Assembly (NCBI GenBank): GCA_964475605.1
Contig: CAYYZC010000006.1
Coordinates: 1 to 34,611 of the forward strand
From: an uncultured Chelativorans sp.
Lineage (GTDB): Bacteria; Pseudomonadota; Alphaproteobacteria; Rhizobiales; Rhizobiaceae
Direction: 5' to 3'
Length of the DNA: 34,611 nucleotides
Each line of letters starts with the position of its first letter. Position 1 is the first letter of the stretch. The notes beneath the pieces were generated by a model that saw only the letters and a program-made list of their open reading frames with translations, was not told the origin of the DNA and searched no databases. Shown here piece after piece: positions 14,758 to 22,833 of the stretch. Position numbers and translations under genes: made by a program.

Positions 14758-17100
14758 TCATTGCGCGGCCTCGTCGGAGGGGTCGAGCGGCCCGAAATCG
14801 GCCTCAGCGCCGACCGGGTCGCACACGATCCAGGCCCCGCTGTAGGGGTTGCTCTTGCTCTCGCGGATCCGATAGAGCGCGTAGCTTTGCCCCTGCACCT
14901 CGACTATACGGCGCTGCCCTTCGTCACCATCGAGCGCGGCAGCCAGGATCCGATCGCGGGCCACGGTCGCCTTGCAGCCGAGTTGCCGGGCCAGCAGGTC
15001 CACTAGGTCTTTCTGCTTCACCCGGCGTCTCAAGGGCATCAAGGCGACGATGGCCTGCGCGTCCGCATAGACCTGCTGGGCGTCCTGGTCGGCCTCGTCG
15101 TCCCCCGAAGCAGCCACCGCGGCGGCGTGGGCGTCCATGTCGAAGAGGACGGGCACGCCCACGCTGTCGCTGGGGTCGAGCAGACCGCCGGATCCATTGC
15201 CCAGGTCGACGCTTTCCATGCGGAACCACGTGGGCTTGAACGACCGGGCCGCGTAGTTCCCCTTCGCGCCATCGAGGCGCACCAGCCGGGCGGCATCTTC
15301 CTCCGGCACCTTCAGCTTCTCGGCCGACTGCTCCGACATGGCAGCCAGGGTGTAGGCGACACGCACGGCGCCGATCAGCGCGCCGGCACCGCGGGCGGCG
15401 TTCATGTCGCCGGCGCGGCTCTCCGTGTTGCCGCTGTGGTTCTTGACGCTGTGGTGCACCAGGTCGATCGCGCAGCCGGTCTCGCGGGCGATGTCGCGGA
15501 AGGCGCTGATGACCCGCTCCACCTCCTCGTTGCTGTTTTCGGCCACGCCTTCATGGGTGCTGACGAACGGGTCGACCGCCAGGAAGACGATTCCGTGCGC
15601 CCGGATCGTCTCCACGATCTCGGCCACGGCCTTGGTCTGCAGGACGGCGTCGTCCTTCTTCACCGCGACCACGAGGCGCTTCACCGCGCCCGTGCTGAAG
15701 AAGAACCGGGGCCTGATTTCGGCGAAGGGGATCTCGTAGCGGCGGCACATGCCGGCCACGCGGCGCAGGATCTCGTCCCGGTCGTCCTCGTGGTTGTGGA
15801 CCCAGACCGGCCCCGTGACGAAGACGTGCTCGCCCGTCAAATCCCGGCCGGTCGCGATCGCCAAGGCCGACAGCAGCGACATGGTCGACTTCGAGACGCC
15901 CGGGGCGCCGATGCCGCCGGTCACCACGCCGCGCAGGAACCGGCTGCCGAGCACCCAGGGGCGCGGCGGGATGGTCGTCGGGTCGAAGTCTTCCGGGATC
16001 TGCTCCGGCATGGGGGCGTAGCGCTTCGGCGGGGCCTCGTCCGGCACCTGCCCGAAGTCCTCGGCGGCGTCGGGTGCGATCGGCTCGAAGTCCAGCCCGG
16101 CCGCCTGATAGCCCCCGTGCTGGGCCGCCATGTCGACCAGGTACCGGAAGCCCACCTCGAACGGCGGCTTCATTCGGTCCCAATCGCTCCGGACCTCGTC
16201 GGGGTCGTTGCCGGCTGCGCGGTCGTTGCCTTCCCAGCGCGAGGCCCATTCCGCGAAGATCTCGAGCCCGCGGTCTTCATCGTCGGCGCAGGCCGCCTTG
16301 ATGGCGCAGCCCATGCGGATATAGTCCGTCCGGCCCGGGAAGCTGTCGTTGTCGTTCGGGGTAGCGCGGACGATCTCGGCGACGGTGTCCAGGTCCGGAG
16401 CCGCCAGGGCCGATTGGTCGATCAGGTCGCGCTCGGTTGCGGCCGCGCCCCGCCCCTCGTCCTCGATGCGCTCATAGCCCATCAGGTCGAGCGTCTCCAG
16501 CAGCTCGCCGAAGAAGTCGTCCACCATGGCGGCCGTGATCGGCGACAGCCCGTCCGGCCCCATATCGGCCGGGTGCCGGTCCCAGGTGTAGGGCCGCCCG
16601 GTCGCCGGGTGGATGCCGTCGACGACGTATTGCTGGCCGTGGCCGAGGAATTCGACCAAGTTCTGCGGCCCGCCGTTGGGGCTCTTGAACCAGACCCGCC
16701 GGCGCGTCAAAGGGGGCTGACCCTCGGCGAGGCGGTAGGGCAGCAGCTTCTTCGGGGCGCGGCCGGTGCGGATCGGCGCAGGCCCCAGGCGGCGCACGGC
16801 GATGGTGTGAGCCAGCTCGGCGGCGAGGCCGTCCAGGCAATCCAGGTCCACCCCGGGGAAGCGCGTAGCCCGCAGGCCGGTGTTCGCCCGGATGTAGTCC
16901 CACACCTCGACGTCGGCCGGCTTGGTGGCGTGCTTCATCCAATCGAAGGAGCGCCAGCCTTGCTGCCCGAGCAGCCCCGGCACCTTGCCGCGATCGGCGG
17001 CCCGGATCTTCGAGTGCGGGGACAGCGGCGCGTCGGGCGGGACGACGGGGATGATGTCGGCGAAGCCGGCGGCGTACCAGCGGGCGAAGGTGGCCGTCAT
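14758..17100 (-). CDS. Replicative primase-polymerase / helicase fusion (Prim-Pol N-terminus, PriCT-like middle, AAA_25/RepA-like ATPase)
   Basis: 780 aa. N-terminus ...[13 protein letters not shown]...DRGKVPG...[10 protein letters not shown]... is Prim-Pol-like. The middle ...[24 protein letters not shown]...FAEWASRW is PriCT-like. Walker A is [16 protein letters not shown] and Walker B region is IVFLAVDPF...DLVHHSVK. Confidence 0.85.
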   Translation of the reverse strand: MTATFARWYAAGFADIIPVVPPDAPLSPHSKIRAADRGKVPGLLGQQGWRSFDWMKHATKPADVEVWDYIRANTGLRATRFPGVDLDCLDGLAAELAHTIAVRRLGPAPIRTGRAPKKLLPYRLAEGQPPLTRRRVWFKSPNGGPQNLVEFLGHGQQYVVDGIHPATGRPYTWDRHPADMGPDGLSPITAAMVDDFFGELLETLDLMGYERIEDEGRGAAATERDLIDQSALAAPDLDTVAEIVRATPNDNDSFPGRTDYIRMGCAIKAACADDEDRGLEIFAEWASRWEGNDRAAGNDPDEVRSDWDRMKPPFEVGFRYLVDMAAQHGGYQAAGLDFEPIAPDAAEDFGQVPDEAPPKRYAPMPEQIPEDFDPTTIPPRPWVLGSRFLRGVVTGGIGAPGVSKSTMSLLSALAIATGRDLTGEHVFVTGPVWVHNHEDDRDEILRRVAGMCRRYEIPFAEIRPRFFFSTGAVKRLVVAVKKDDAVLQTKAVAEIVETIRAHGIVFLAVDPFVSTHEGVAENSNEEVERVISAFRDIARETGCAIDLVHHSVKNHSGNTESRAGDMNAARGAGALIGAVRVAYTLAAMSEQSAEKLKVPEEDAARLVRLDGAKGNYAARSFKPTWFRMESVDLGNGSGGLLDPSDSVGVPVLFDMDAHAAAVAASGDDEADQDAQQVYADAQAIVALMPLRRRVKQKDLVDLLARQLGCKATVARDRILAAALDGDEGQRRIVEVQGQSYALYRIRESKSNPYSGAWIVCDPVGAEADFGPLDPSDEAAQ

Positions 17101-18155
17101 GCCAGAAGCTCCTCAGTCAGGCAGGCGCCGTCGGCCGCGATGCGGGCTTCGGCCAGCGCGACATACTCGGGGTTCAGTTCGATGCCGACGTAGCGGCGCC
17201 ACAGCCGTTGAGCGACAAGGCCCGTAGTGCCTGCCCCGAAGAAGGGATCAAGGATCAGGTCGCCGGGGCGACTGCCAGCCTTTATGCACCGCTCGGCCAG
17301 GTCGGGCGGGAAGGTGGCGGAGTGGGCTTCCTTGAAGGGCTTCGGCGCGATCGTCCAGACATTGCGGGCGTTGCGGCCGGCGCCCCTTGGCGCGGCATCA
17401 AGGCCGCTTTGGTCGCTGCTGGCATACTGGGCGTGTCGGGGCGGCAGTCCCCGCTTCCGCGACTTGCGCGAGCCTGTGTGCGGGGCCTGTCCAGGGGGTG
17501 CGTAGCGGCCGCCCGTGAGGTCGTGGGGTGTCTTGCCGGTCGCCTCTTCCCGGATCGCGTCCGCGTCGTAGAAGTACGATTCCGACTTCGCCAACAGGAA
17601 CACCATCTCGTAGGCCGAGGTCGGGCGGTCCTTGACGCTCTCGGGCATCGGGTTGGGCTTGTGCCAGACGACGGCGCTGCGGAGATACCAACCATCGGCG
17701 CGCAGGGCGAATGCGACCGCCCAGGGAATTCCGATCAGGTCCTTCGACTTGAGGCCGGGCGTCCGCTTCAGGCTGCCGGTGCGCTCGCGCTTCGGATGCG
17801 CCTGGATCTGGCGGGCGGAAAGCATGCTGCCACCCTCCAGCGTGCCGGGATATTCGGCGCCGCGAGACTGAGCCCCCCAACTGCCGGCGTAGCTATCCCC
17901 CAGGTTCAGCCAGAGCGTCGCGTCGTCCCGGAGCACGTGGCGCACGCCGCGGAACACGTCGACTAGTTCGGCTATGTATGCTTCGGGCGTCGCCTCCAGC
18001 CCGATCTGTCCATCAACGCCATAGTCGCGCAGCCCGAAATATGGGGGGCTGGTGACACAGCACTGGACGGCGGCGGCCGGAATGTCTGCAAGGCGCTCGC
18101 GGGCGTCGCCGAGCAGGATAGCGGGCAGCGCCGGCGTTGCGTCGGCGGCGCTCAT
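17097..18155 (-). CDS. DNA methyltransferase, N4/N6 class (SPPY motif IV before motif I, beta-type order)
   Basis: 352 aa with ...[17 protein letters not shown]... and C-terminal ...[36 protein letters not shown] overlaps at both ends. Confidence 0.85.
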   Translation of the reverse strand: MSAADATPALPAILLGDARERLADIPAAAVQCCVTSPPYFGLRDYGVDGQIGLEATPEAYIAELVDVFRGVRHVLRDDATLWLNLGDSYAGSWGAQSRGAEYPGTLEGGSMLSARQIQAHPKRERTGSLKRTPGLKSKDLIGIPWAVAFALRADGWYLRSAVVWHKPNPMPESVKDRPTSAYEMVFLLAKSESYFYDADAIREEATGKTPHDLTGGRYAPPGQAPHTGSRKSRKRGLPPRHAQYASSDQSGLDAAPRGAGRNARNVWTIAPKPFKEAHSATFPPDLAERCIKAGSRPGDLILDPFFGAGTTGLVAQRLWRRYVGIELNPEYVALAEARIAADGACLTEELLA

Positions 18156-19117
18156 GCCAGAAGCTCCTCAAGCAAGGCCGTGTCCTCGGCGTTCGGGTCA
18201 TCCAAGAAGCAGCCGCATCCGCCGATCTCGAAACGGTCGATGCGTTCTCCGGCTTCGAGGCGCCTGCGCAGATCCCGCAGGGTCAAGGGCTTCTTCCGGC
18301 CGTCGCCGCGGCGGTCGGTCAGCATGGAGACGTCTTTACCAAGCTGGTCCCGAAGCGATTCCTCCCGCGCCTCATGGAACGCATACCGCTCGGGCCACGT
18401 CTGCAGCAGGTGGGCGTAGTGCCCCTGCCCGGCTTTCACACAGAACCCGCCGCAGTTGTTATGCGCGAAGCCCAGCCGATTCAGGCGGGGCACAAGGATG
18501 CGTTCCCTGTCCAGCCACGCGCCAATGTCGGCCTTGCTGATAAGGGGCACTTCGCAAAGAGGCGCCTCGGCGCGCCAGCCGCGTTTCGCCCAATGATTCT
18601 TGGCTTCTCGCCCCGCGCCGTCGTCGAACCGGTGCTCTTCGGTCCAATCGATTCCGATGTAGAGCGTGGTACTGGCCGGGTCGCAGTGCTGAGCAATCCA
18701 GCGGTCGGCCGGTCTGCGCTTAAGGTCTTGGCTACACGGGTCGACCCGACTGTTGCCGAGGAAGCGCCGGGCCTCGAAGACCTCCCACGGATCGAGCCCT
18801 GGGGTGCACCAAACGAGTTCAGGCAGCAGGGCCGCCATGTGCCTTCGCAGGTTGGCAAGCATCCGACGACGCCCATAGCGGTCTTCGTGCCATTCCGGGA
18901 TGCTTCGGGCATAGGTGGTGATAGGTACGGGCGCCCGGCGACCGAAGACATTGAAGGCACCTTCCACGAGGAACCTGTACAGGTCCGTGTCTTCCGCCAA
19001 GGTGTTGGTAAATAACAGGATTAGATCATCGGTGCCGTGGCACTCGGCCACTCGTTTAGCCGCCGCCCAAGAGCCGGTACCGCCCGAATATTTGACGACG
19101 TGCCGTGCCCGGGTCAC
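18152..19117 (-). CDS. PAPS-reductase-like PP-loop ATP pyrophosphatase family protein
   Basis: GTG 19117-19115 overlaps the upstream TGA (GTGA). Sequence [25 protein letters not shown]...[18 protein letters not shown] carries an SGGxxS PP-loop. C-terminal Cys motifs are NNCGGFC and GGCGCF. The upstream part of the listed 408-aa ORF is Arg/Pro/Gly junk overlapping two other genes. Confidence 0.7.
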   Translation of the reverse strand: MTRARHVVKYSGGTGSWAAAKRVAECHGTDDLILLFTNTLAEDTDLYRFLVEGAFNVFGRRAPVPITTYARSIPEWHEDRYGRRRMLANLRRHMAALLPELVWCTPGLDPWEVFEARRFLGNSRVDPCSQDLKRRPADRWIAQHCDPASTTLYIGIDWTEEHRFDDGAGREAKNHWAKRGWRAEAPLCEVPLISKADIGAWLDRERILVPRLNRLGFAHNNCGGFCVKAGQGHYAHLLQTWPERYAFHEAREESLRDQLGKDVSMLTDRRGDGRKKPLTLRDLRRRLEAGERIDRFEIGGCGCFLDDPNAEDTALLEELLA

Positions 19118-19320
19118 TTCCGGCCCCCATAGATCTTGTCGCCGATGGCCTCGACATACAGGCGCTCGAACTCGGGCAAGGTCTCTAGCGTGCCGGCGGG
19201 CAGCCACAGGCCCCGCCCGGTCCGCCAAGCCGCCGCGGCCATCTGGTCCAGTTCGGCCGACGTCGTGGGCGTGCGCCCGACCTTGCCTGCAAGGCTGGTG
19301 CGGATGCGGGGGCCGGTCAT
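19114..19320 (-). CDS. Hypothetical small protein
   Basis: 68 aa, coupled at both ends (ATGA upstream, GTGA downstream). Confidence 0.5.
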   Translation of the reverse strand: MTGPRIRTSLAGKVGRTPTTSAELDQMAAAAWRTGRGLWLPAGTLETLPEFERLYVEAIGDKIYGGRK

Positions 19321-19820
19321 GCCAGCAACTCCGCGAGCTGGAGGGCGGACGGGTCGGGCACGTAGCCCACCCGGTCATTCAGCACGCCCGGCTTCCGGCA
19401 GCCGTAGTCTGTCCGCGAGGTGCCCACGGCGTCGAAGTGCGCCCAAGGGTCGGCCTGCATAGCGGCATCGCGCGCTCGACCGACGAAGGACAGCGCGCCC
19501 GCGTGATCGTCGACGAAAGGGCCGACCAGGAAAGCCGTTCGCCGGCCACGAACGAGGGTCACGTAGTAGCAGCCGGGCTTGGTATCGGGAGCCTGTCCAA
19601 GCGGCACGTATTCGGTACCGGTCCATACCTGGAGGTCGTCTCGTGTGGCATCCTTTCGGCTGCGGCGCGCTTCGCGCAGGGCGTGGTCGTCGTCTTCGGC
19701 GCCGACCATGATCCACCCGCCGTAGGTGCTACGGCAGCGATAGCTGCGCCAGGGCGGCGCAGCGCACGGACGGTCCCAGAAAGGCCGCACGCGCTCGGTG
19801 TCGGGAGTTTGCCGCCTCAT
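19317..19820 (-). CDS. Hypothetical protein (167 aa)
   Basis: ...GCYYVTLVRGRRTAFLVGPFVDDHAGALSFVGRARDAAMQADPWAHFDAVGTSR... No family recognised. ATGA coupling at both ends. Ends in ...LAELLA. Confidence 0.55.
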   Translation of the reverse strand: MRRQTPDTERVRPFWDRPCAAPPWRSYRCRSTYGGWIMVGAEDDDHALREARRSRKDATRDDLQVWTGTEYVPLGQAPDTKPGCYYVTLVRGRRTAFLVGPFVDDHAGALSFVGRARDAAMQADPWAHFDAVGTSRTDYGCRKPGVLNDRVGYVPDPSALQLAELLA

Positions 19821-20026
19821 CCCAGCAACTCCTCAAGGGCGCGCTCTTCCTCCAGCACTTCGAGGACGGCGCGGACGATGGGCAGGTAGGACTGCGCGCG
19901 GGAGGACAGCACGCCCTTGGCGAGCACCAGTTCCCGGTCGTAGTCGCTGTCGAGCCGGCGCAGATAGGTCTTCTCCGCGACGGCCTGGACGCGCTCGGCG
20001 GGGATGGAAGGGCGACGTTTGCTCAT
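19817..20026 (-). CDS. Hypothetical small protein (69 aa)
   Basis: Start at M29 of the listed ORF (MSKRRPSIPAERVQ...), where ATG overlaps the upstream TGA. Ends in ...ALEELLG. Confidence 0.5.
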   Translation of the reverse strand: MSKRRPSIPAERVQAVAEKTYLRRLDSDYDRELVLAKGVLSSRAQSYLPIVRAVLEVLEEERALEELLG

Positions 20027-20349
20027 GCGGCGGCTCTCCGATCCAGCCAAGCCCGGACGGCTTCGCGTGCCGCCTCGACAGAGTCGAAGGGCTCTCGCAG
20101 GTCGGCGCACAACGCCGCGCCGTCGGGCACCTTGTCCTGCGGTACCGTGAAGAACCGTCGGGGGTGTTCGCGCTCCTTGCCGGCGTAGCCGGCCAGTCTG
20201 TAAGCGCGGATTTGGGCGCCGTCTCGCGATACGCTTTCGACTACTGCCAATCGGTGCTCGGTGCGCACCGACAGCCCGCCCTTTAGAGAAAAGCTGCTGG
20301 CGGTTCGTTCGACCAGGATCGCTTGGCCGCGTTTGAACTTCGTCGTCAT
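20023..20349 (-). CDS. Hypothetical protein (108 aa)
   Basis: Start at M20 (MTTKFKRGQAILVERT...), where ATG 20349 overlaps the AlpA-like stop (ATGA). Confidence 0.5.
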   Translation of the reverse strand: MTTKFKRGQAILVERTASSFSLKGGLSVRTEHRLAVVESVSRDGAQIRAYRLAGYAGKEREHPRRFFTVPQDKVPDGAALCADLREPFDSVEAAREAVRAWLDRRAAA

Positions 20350-20579
20350 GCCGTAGCCTCCCCGGCCGCCTTGTTGATCCAGGCGCGCACGTCCACCGCG
20401 CGCCACGCCACCCGGCCGCCCGGAAGCTTCATCGGCTTCGGGAAGATCCCGGCGTCGACATGCCGGTAGATCGTCGACCGGGAGCGGAATATGCCACGCC
20501 GGATCAGGTCGCCGCAGTCCAACAGGTGCACATCGGCGAAGGCGTCTCCGGGGGCGGGTTCGGGCTGACAGTCCAGCAT
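20346..20579 (-). CDS. AlpA-family phage transcriptional regulator / excisionase-like HTH protein
   Basis: 77 aa, ...LIRRGIFRSRSTIYRHVDAGIFPKPMKLPGGRVAWRAVDVRAWI is the AlpA/MerR-type HTH signature. Confidence 0.7.
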   Translation of the reverse strand: MLDCQPEPAPGDAFADVHLLDCGDLIRRGIFRSRSTIYRHVDAGIFPKPMKLPGGRVAWRAVDVRAWINKAAGEATA

Positions 20580-20643
20580 TTCCGGTGCCTCAAAGTGGGG
20601 TAAGCTGAGACACTATGCAGTACCGCCCTCCCGGTCGTCCAGC

Positions 20644-20675
20644 CCTATTTGGACTAAAGTATTCCAATTTGGCAT
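20644..20675 (+). promoter_or_regulatory. Two CCNNTTTGK sites, 20 bp apart, upstream of the AlpA-led gene block
   Basis: CCTATTTGGACT 20644-20655 and CCAATTTGGCAT 20664-20675, in the AT-richer 160-nt gap 20580-20739. Confidence 0.35.
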
Positions 20676-20739
20676 TTTGCCGGGCAGCAGAAAGGGCGGC
20701 ATGATGGCCGCCCTGTCCGATAAGCCCCGTCGCGCCCCC

Positions 20740-21057
20740 TCAGGCTCGCGGCCGATCGCCCAGCAGCATCTCCAGCAGCGCCGCGTCCCGAGCGGCCGGC
20801 GTCATCTCGGTGCCCGGCCCGCTGCGCGCCAGCGCCCGCCCCCTCTGCATCGCCTCCAGGGTCGCCAGCGTCCGGCGGAAGCGGTCCAGCTCGGCTTCTG
20901 TCGCGTCCTTCAGCACCTGTGTTGCGCGGGCCAGCAGGTCGCCCCGGGCGCCATCGAGGGACGCGGGTGCCGGGTCCCACTTCGTGGGCGCGGCGGCCAG
21001 CTTCTCCTTCAGGCGCTGGCGGTGGCGGGCCTGGCGTTCGGCGGGGGTCAGGGGCAT
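20740..21057 (-). CDS. Hypothetical protein (105 aa)
   Basis: ATG at M25 of the listed ORF (MPLTPAERQARHRQRLKEKL...). The track start at 21129 is a TTG overlapping the upstream gene. Confidence 0.5.
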   Translation of the reverse strand: MPLTPAERQARHRQRLKEKLAAAPTKWDPAPASLDGARGDLLARATQVLKDATEAELDRFRRTLATLEAMQRGRALARSGPGTEMTPAARDAALLEMLLGDRPRA

Positions 21058-21094
21058 TGACTGGAAGCTCCAGATGGTCGGCGCCGAGTGCGCC

Positions 21095-21340
21095 TCACGC
21101 CGCGCGAGGACGGAAGACTTTCGCCCCAAGCACTTCGGCGACGTGAGGCGGCATCTCGTCGGCGTAGTAGGTGCTCGGGTCGTAGCGGAACCAGTCGCGA
21201 CCGTCCTCAGTACGGAAGATGGCGAATGAGCCGGGGCGCTGTGCAGCGATGCGACTGGCGGCCTGATAGGTGCGGTGGAAGGAGAAGTCGAAGCCGTTGT
21301 TGTCCACCAGCTTCCAGGGATTGGAAATCCGCTTCGCCAT
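21095..21340 (-). CDS. Hypothetical protein (81 aa)
   Basis: MAKRISNPWKLVDNNGFDFSFHRTYQAASRIAAQRPGSFAIFRTEDGRDWFRYDPSTYYADE... has normal composition. Confidence 0.55.
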   Translation of the reverse strand: MAKRISNPWKLVDNNGFDFSFHRTYQAASRIAAQRPGSFAIFRTEDGRDWFRYDPSTYYADEMPPHVAEVLGAKVFRPRAA

Positions 21341-21376
21341 AGTCGCCCGCCTCGTTTGTCGATGAACTCACAATAC

Positions 21377-21416
21377 CGTTACGTAACGATTTAAGCAAGA
21401 AAAAAGTTACGTAACG
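21377..21416. promoter_or_regulatory. Two copies of palindrome (C)GTTACGTAAC(G), 28 bp apart, flanking an A-rich spacer
   Basis: CGTTACGTAACG 21377-21388 and GTTACGTAACG 21406-21416, with spacer ATTTAAGCAAGAAAAAA. They lie directly upstream of gene 21095..21340. Confidence 0.45.
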
Positions 21417-21417
21417 T

Positions 21418-21751
21418 TCACGACAGCATGGCCTCGACGGCCCGTTCCGCATCGCGGTCGATGCGCTCCAAGAGCCAGTTCACGACGGTCGTTGCCTTCG
21501 AGTTGCCGAGCCCCTTGTAGCGCGGGCCATCGGCTGCGGGTTTGCCGCGGTACTGGATCGCGGTATGCCCATGCGGCCCAATCGGCGGTTGTCATGTCGC
21601 CGAGGTTCGGCACATGCGGGTAGTGGTGGGCGAGTACCGCCGACGGGAACGGCTCGATTTCCGAGCAGGCGACGAAGTTCCACCCGAGCGGCCGGGCGGC
21701 TTCCTCGGGTGCACCGATCCCGCTGCAGGCGGTCAGGGCTTGAAGTCTCAT
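21418..21751 (-). pseudogene. Remnant of a C5-cytosine DNA methyltransferase (N-terminal motif I joined out of frame to C-terminal motif X; catalytic core deleted)
   Basis: From ATG 21751: MRLQALTACSGIGAPEEAARPLGWNFVACSEIEPFPSAVLAHHYPHVPNLGDMT..., which is the motif I region. A different frame ending at TGA 21420-21418 reads ...IQYRGKPAADGPRYKGLGNSKATTVVNWLLERIDRD..., the motif X GN(S/A) region. The roughly 200 aa that should carry the PCQ and ENV motifs are absent. Confidence 0.6.
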
Positions 21752-22008
21752 CCGAGTAGTCTTTCGGTCAATCGGCGGTCCCGCTCCGCCCGAAGCCACA
21801 CCTTGCCCTCGGGCGTGATGGCGAAGACGTCGGAGCCGGGCCGAGTCCGGATCCGGCGCAAGAGCCCCCGTCGCGCGAGGCCTCGGCACAGGCCTCTGCG
21901 CTGGTCGAACCGCCACTGCCACGAGATATCCAGCGTGCCGCCGCAGGAACTGGCGACGCAGAGCGCCTTATAGGCGCCCCACGTCGCCGGCTTCCGGAAC
22001 GCCCTCAT
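21748..22008 (-). CDS. Small winged-helix-like DNA-binding protein (86 aa)
   Basis: Start at M24 (MRAFRKPATWGAYKAL...RGLARRGLLRRIRTRPGSDVFAITPEGKVWL...). ATGA coupling at both ends. Confidence 0.5.
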   Translation of the reverse strand: MRAFRKPATWGAYKALCVASSCGGTLDISWQWRFDQRRGLCRGLARRGLLRRIRTRPGSDVFAITPEGKVWLRAERDRRLTERLLG

Positions 22009-22430
22009 GCCCGCGGCACCCGCTGGGAGACCTGGCGCCCGGTCTCGATCGATACGAGGCTGCGGCCCCGCGGCCATATGCGGCCGCTCATGCTCACAGC
22101 CGCATAGGCCGGCTCACCGCGCGTCGGCACCCAGCCGGCGGCGAGCGCGCGGGCGACCATCTCCGCCGGATCGGTGCCGGTGATGACCATCTGGGGCGCA
22201 GGCCGCAACCCGGCCTTGGCCTTCCTGGCTCGTTGCGCTTTCGCGCTGGCGACTCCGGCGGCCTTGCGCCGCCGGGTAATCTCTTCGACGGGCGTGGGGA
22301 CCCGGTATTCGCGGAGCCAACCCGCCATGGTCCCGTGGCCGACGCCGAACATCTCGCACATCTCGGCCATGCTGCGGCCGTCGACATAGCGGAGGCAGTA
22401 CAGCGTGTCGCGGTCGGGGCGCTCAGCCAT
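22005..22430 (-). CDS. HTH-domain protein (141 aa)
   Basis: Start at M33 (MAERPDRDTLYCLRYVDGRSMAEMCEMFGVGHGTMAGWLREYRV...), with an HTH like sigma-70 region 4 or a resolvase at the N-terminus. Confidence 0.5.
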   Translation of the reverse strand: MAERPDRDTLYCLRYVDGRSMAEMCEMFGVGHGTMAGWLREYRVPTPVEEITRRRKAAGVASAKAQRARKAKAGLRPAPQMVITGTDPAEMVARALAAGWVPTRGEPAYAAVSMSGRIWPRGRSLVSIETGRQVSQRVPRA

Positions 22431-22833
22431 GGGAGGGGTCCTCCCGGAAGGCCATCGCGCGGATGTCCGCGGCCACATCTTGCGCGAGGATTTCGGCACC
22501 AAGAAGCCCGCACCGCAACCCGGCATTGTCGGCGCTGGGCGCTGTGCCGAGACGCTCCGCCCGGCTTTCGACGGCGTGTCTATCCGCGATTCGAGCCGCC
22601 CGCTCTATAGCCGCGGACCACCCCGCCTCCCAGCTCTCCGTCCGCAGATCTTCTTCCGTAGGCGCAGATGCGGCACCGACCATGGCGCGGTAGATCCGGG
22701 CCGCGTTGCGCCGACCGGCCCAGGACGGCCCGCCCATGCGCACGGAGGGGTAGTCATAGGCCAAGGCCCCGGCGTCGAGCATGGCGCTGTCCGGTTCCGC
22801 CGGCATGAGCTTCAATTTCGGCATACGGGTCAT
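22423..22833 (-). CDS. Hypothetical protein (136 aa)
   Basis: ATG 22833 overlaps the polymerase TGA (ATGA); an alternative ATG is at 22824 (MPKLKLMPAEPDSAMLDAG...). Confidence 0.5.
   Translation of the reverse strand: MTRMPKLKLMPAEPDSAMLDAGALAYDYPSVRMGGPSWAGRRNAARIYRAMVGAASAPTEEDLRTESWEAGWSAAIERAARIADRHAVESRAERLGTAPSADNAGLRCGLLGAEILAQDVAADIRAMAFREDPSHG

Noticed and set aside
14087-14761. 224-aa minus-strand ORF spanning the iteron/AT-rich region
   Set aside because: It overlaps gene 13852..14403 out of frame and runs through repeat and AT-rich non-coding-looking DNA. It has no RBS and a low-complexity translation, so I interpret the region as an origin or intergenic DNA.
15127-17193. 688-aa plus-strand ORF and other internal ORFs within the primase-helicase gene
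   Set aside because: It is antisense to a 780-aa protein with clear Prim-Pol and Walker motifs and has shadow-frame composition.
19118-19378. N-terminal 87 codons of the listed 408-aa ORF 18152..19378
   Set aside because: This Arg/Pro/Gly-rich stretch overlaps two coupled small genes. The PP-loop domain begins right after GTG 19117, which forms a GTGA overlap with the upstream stop.
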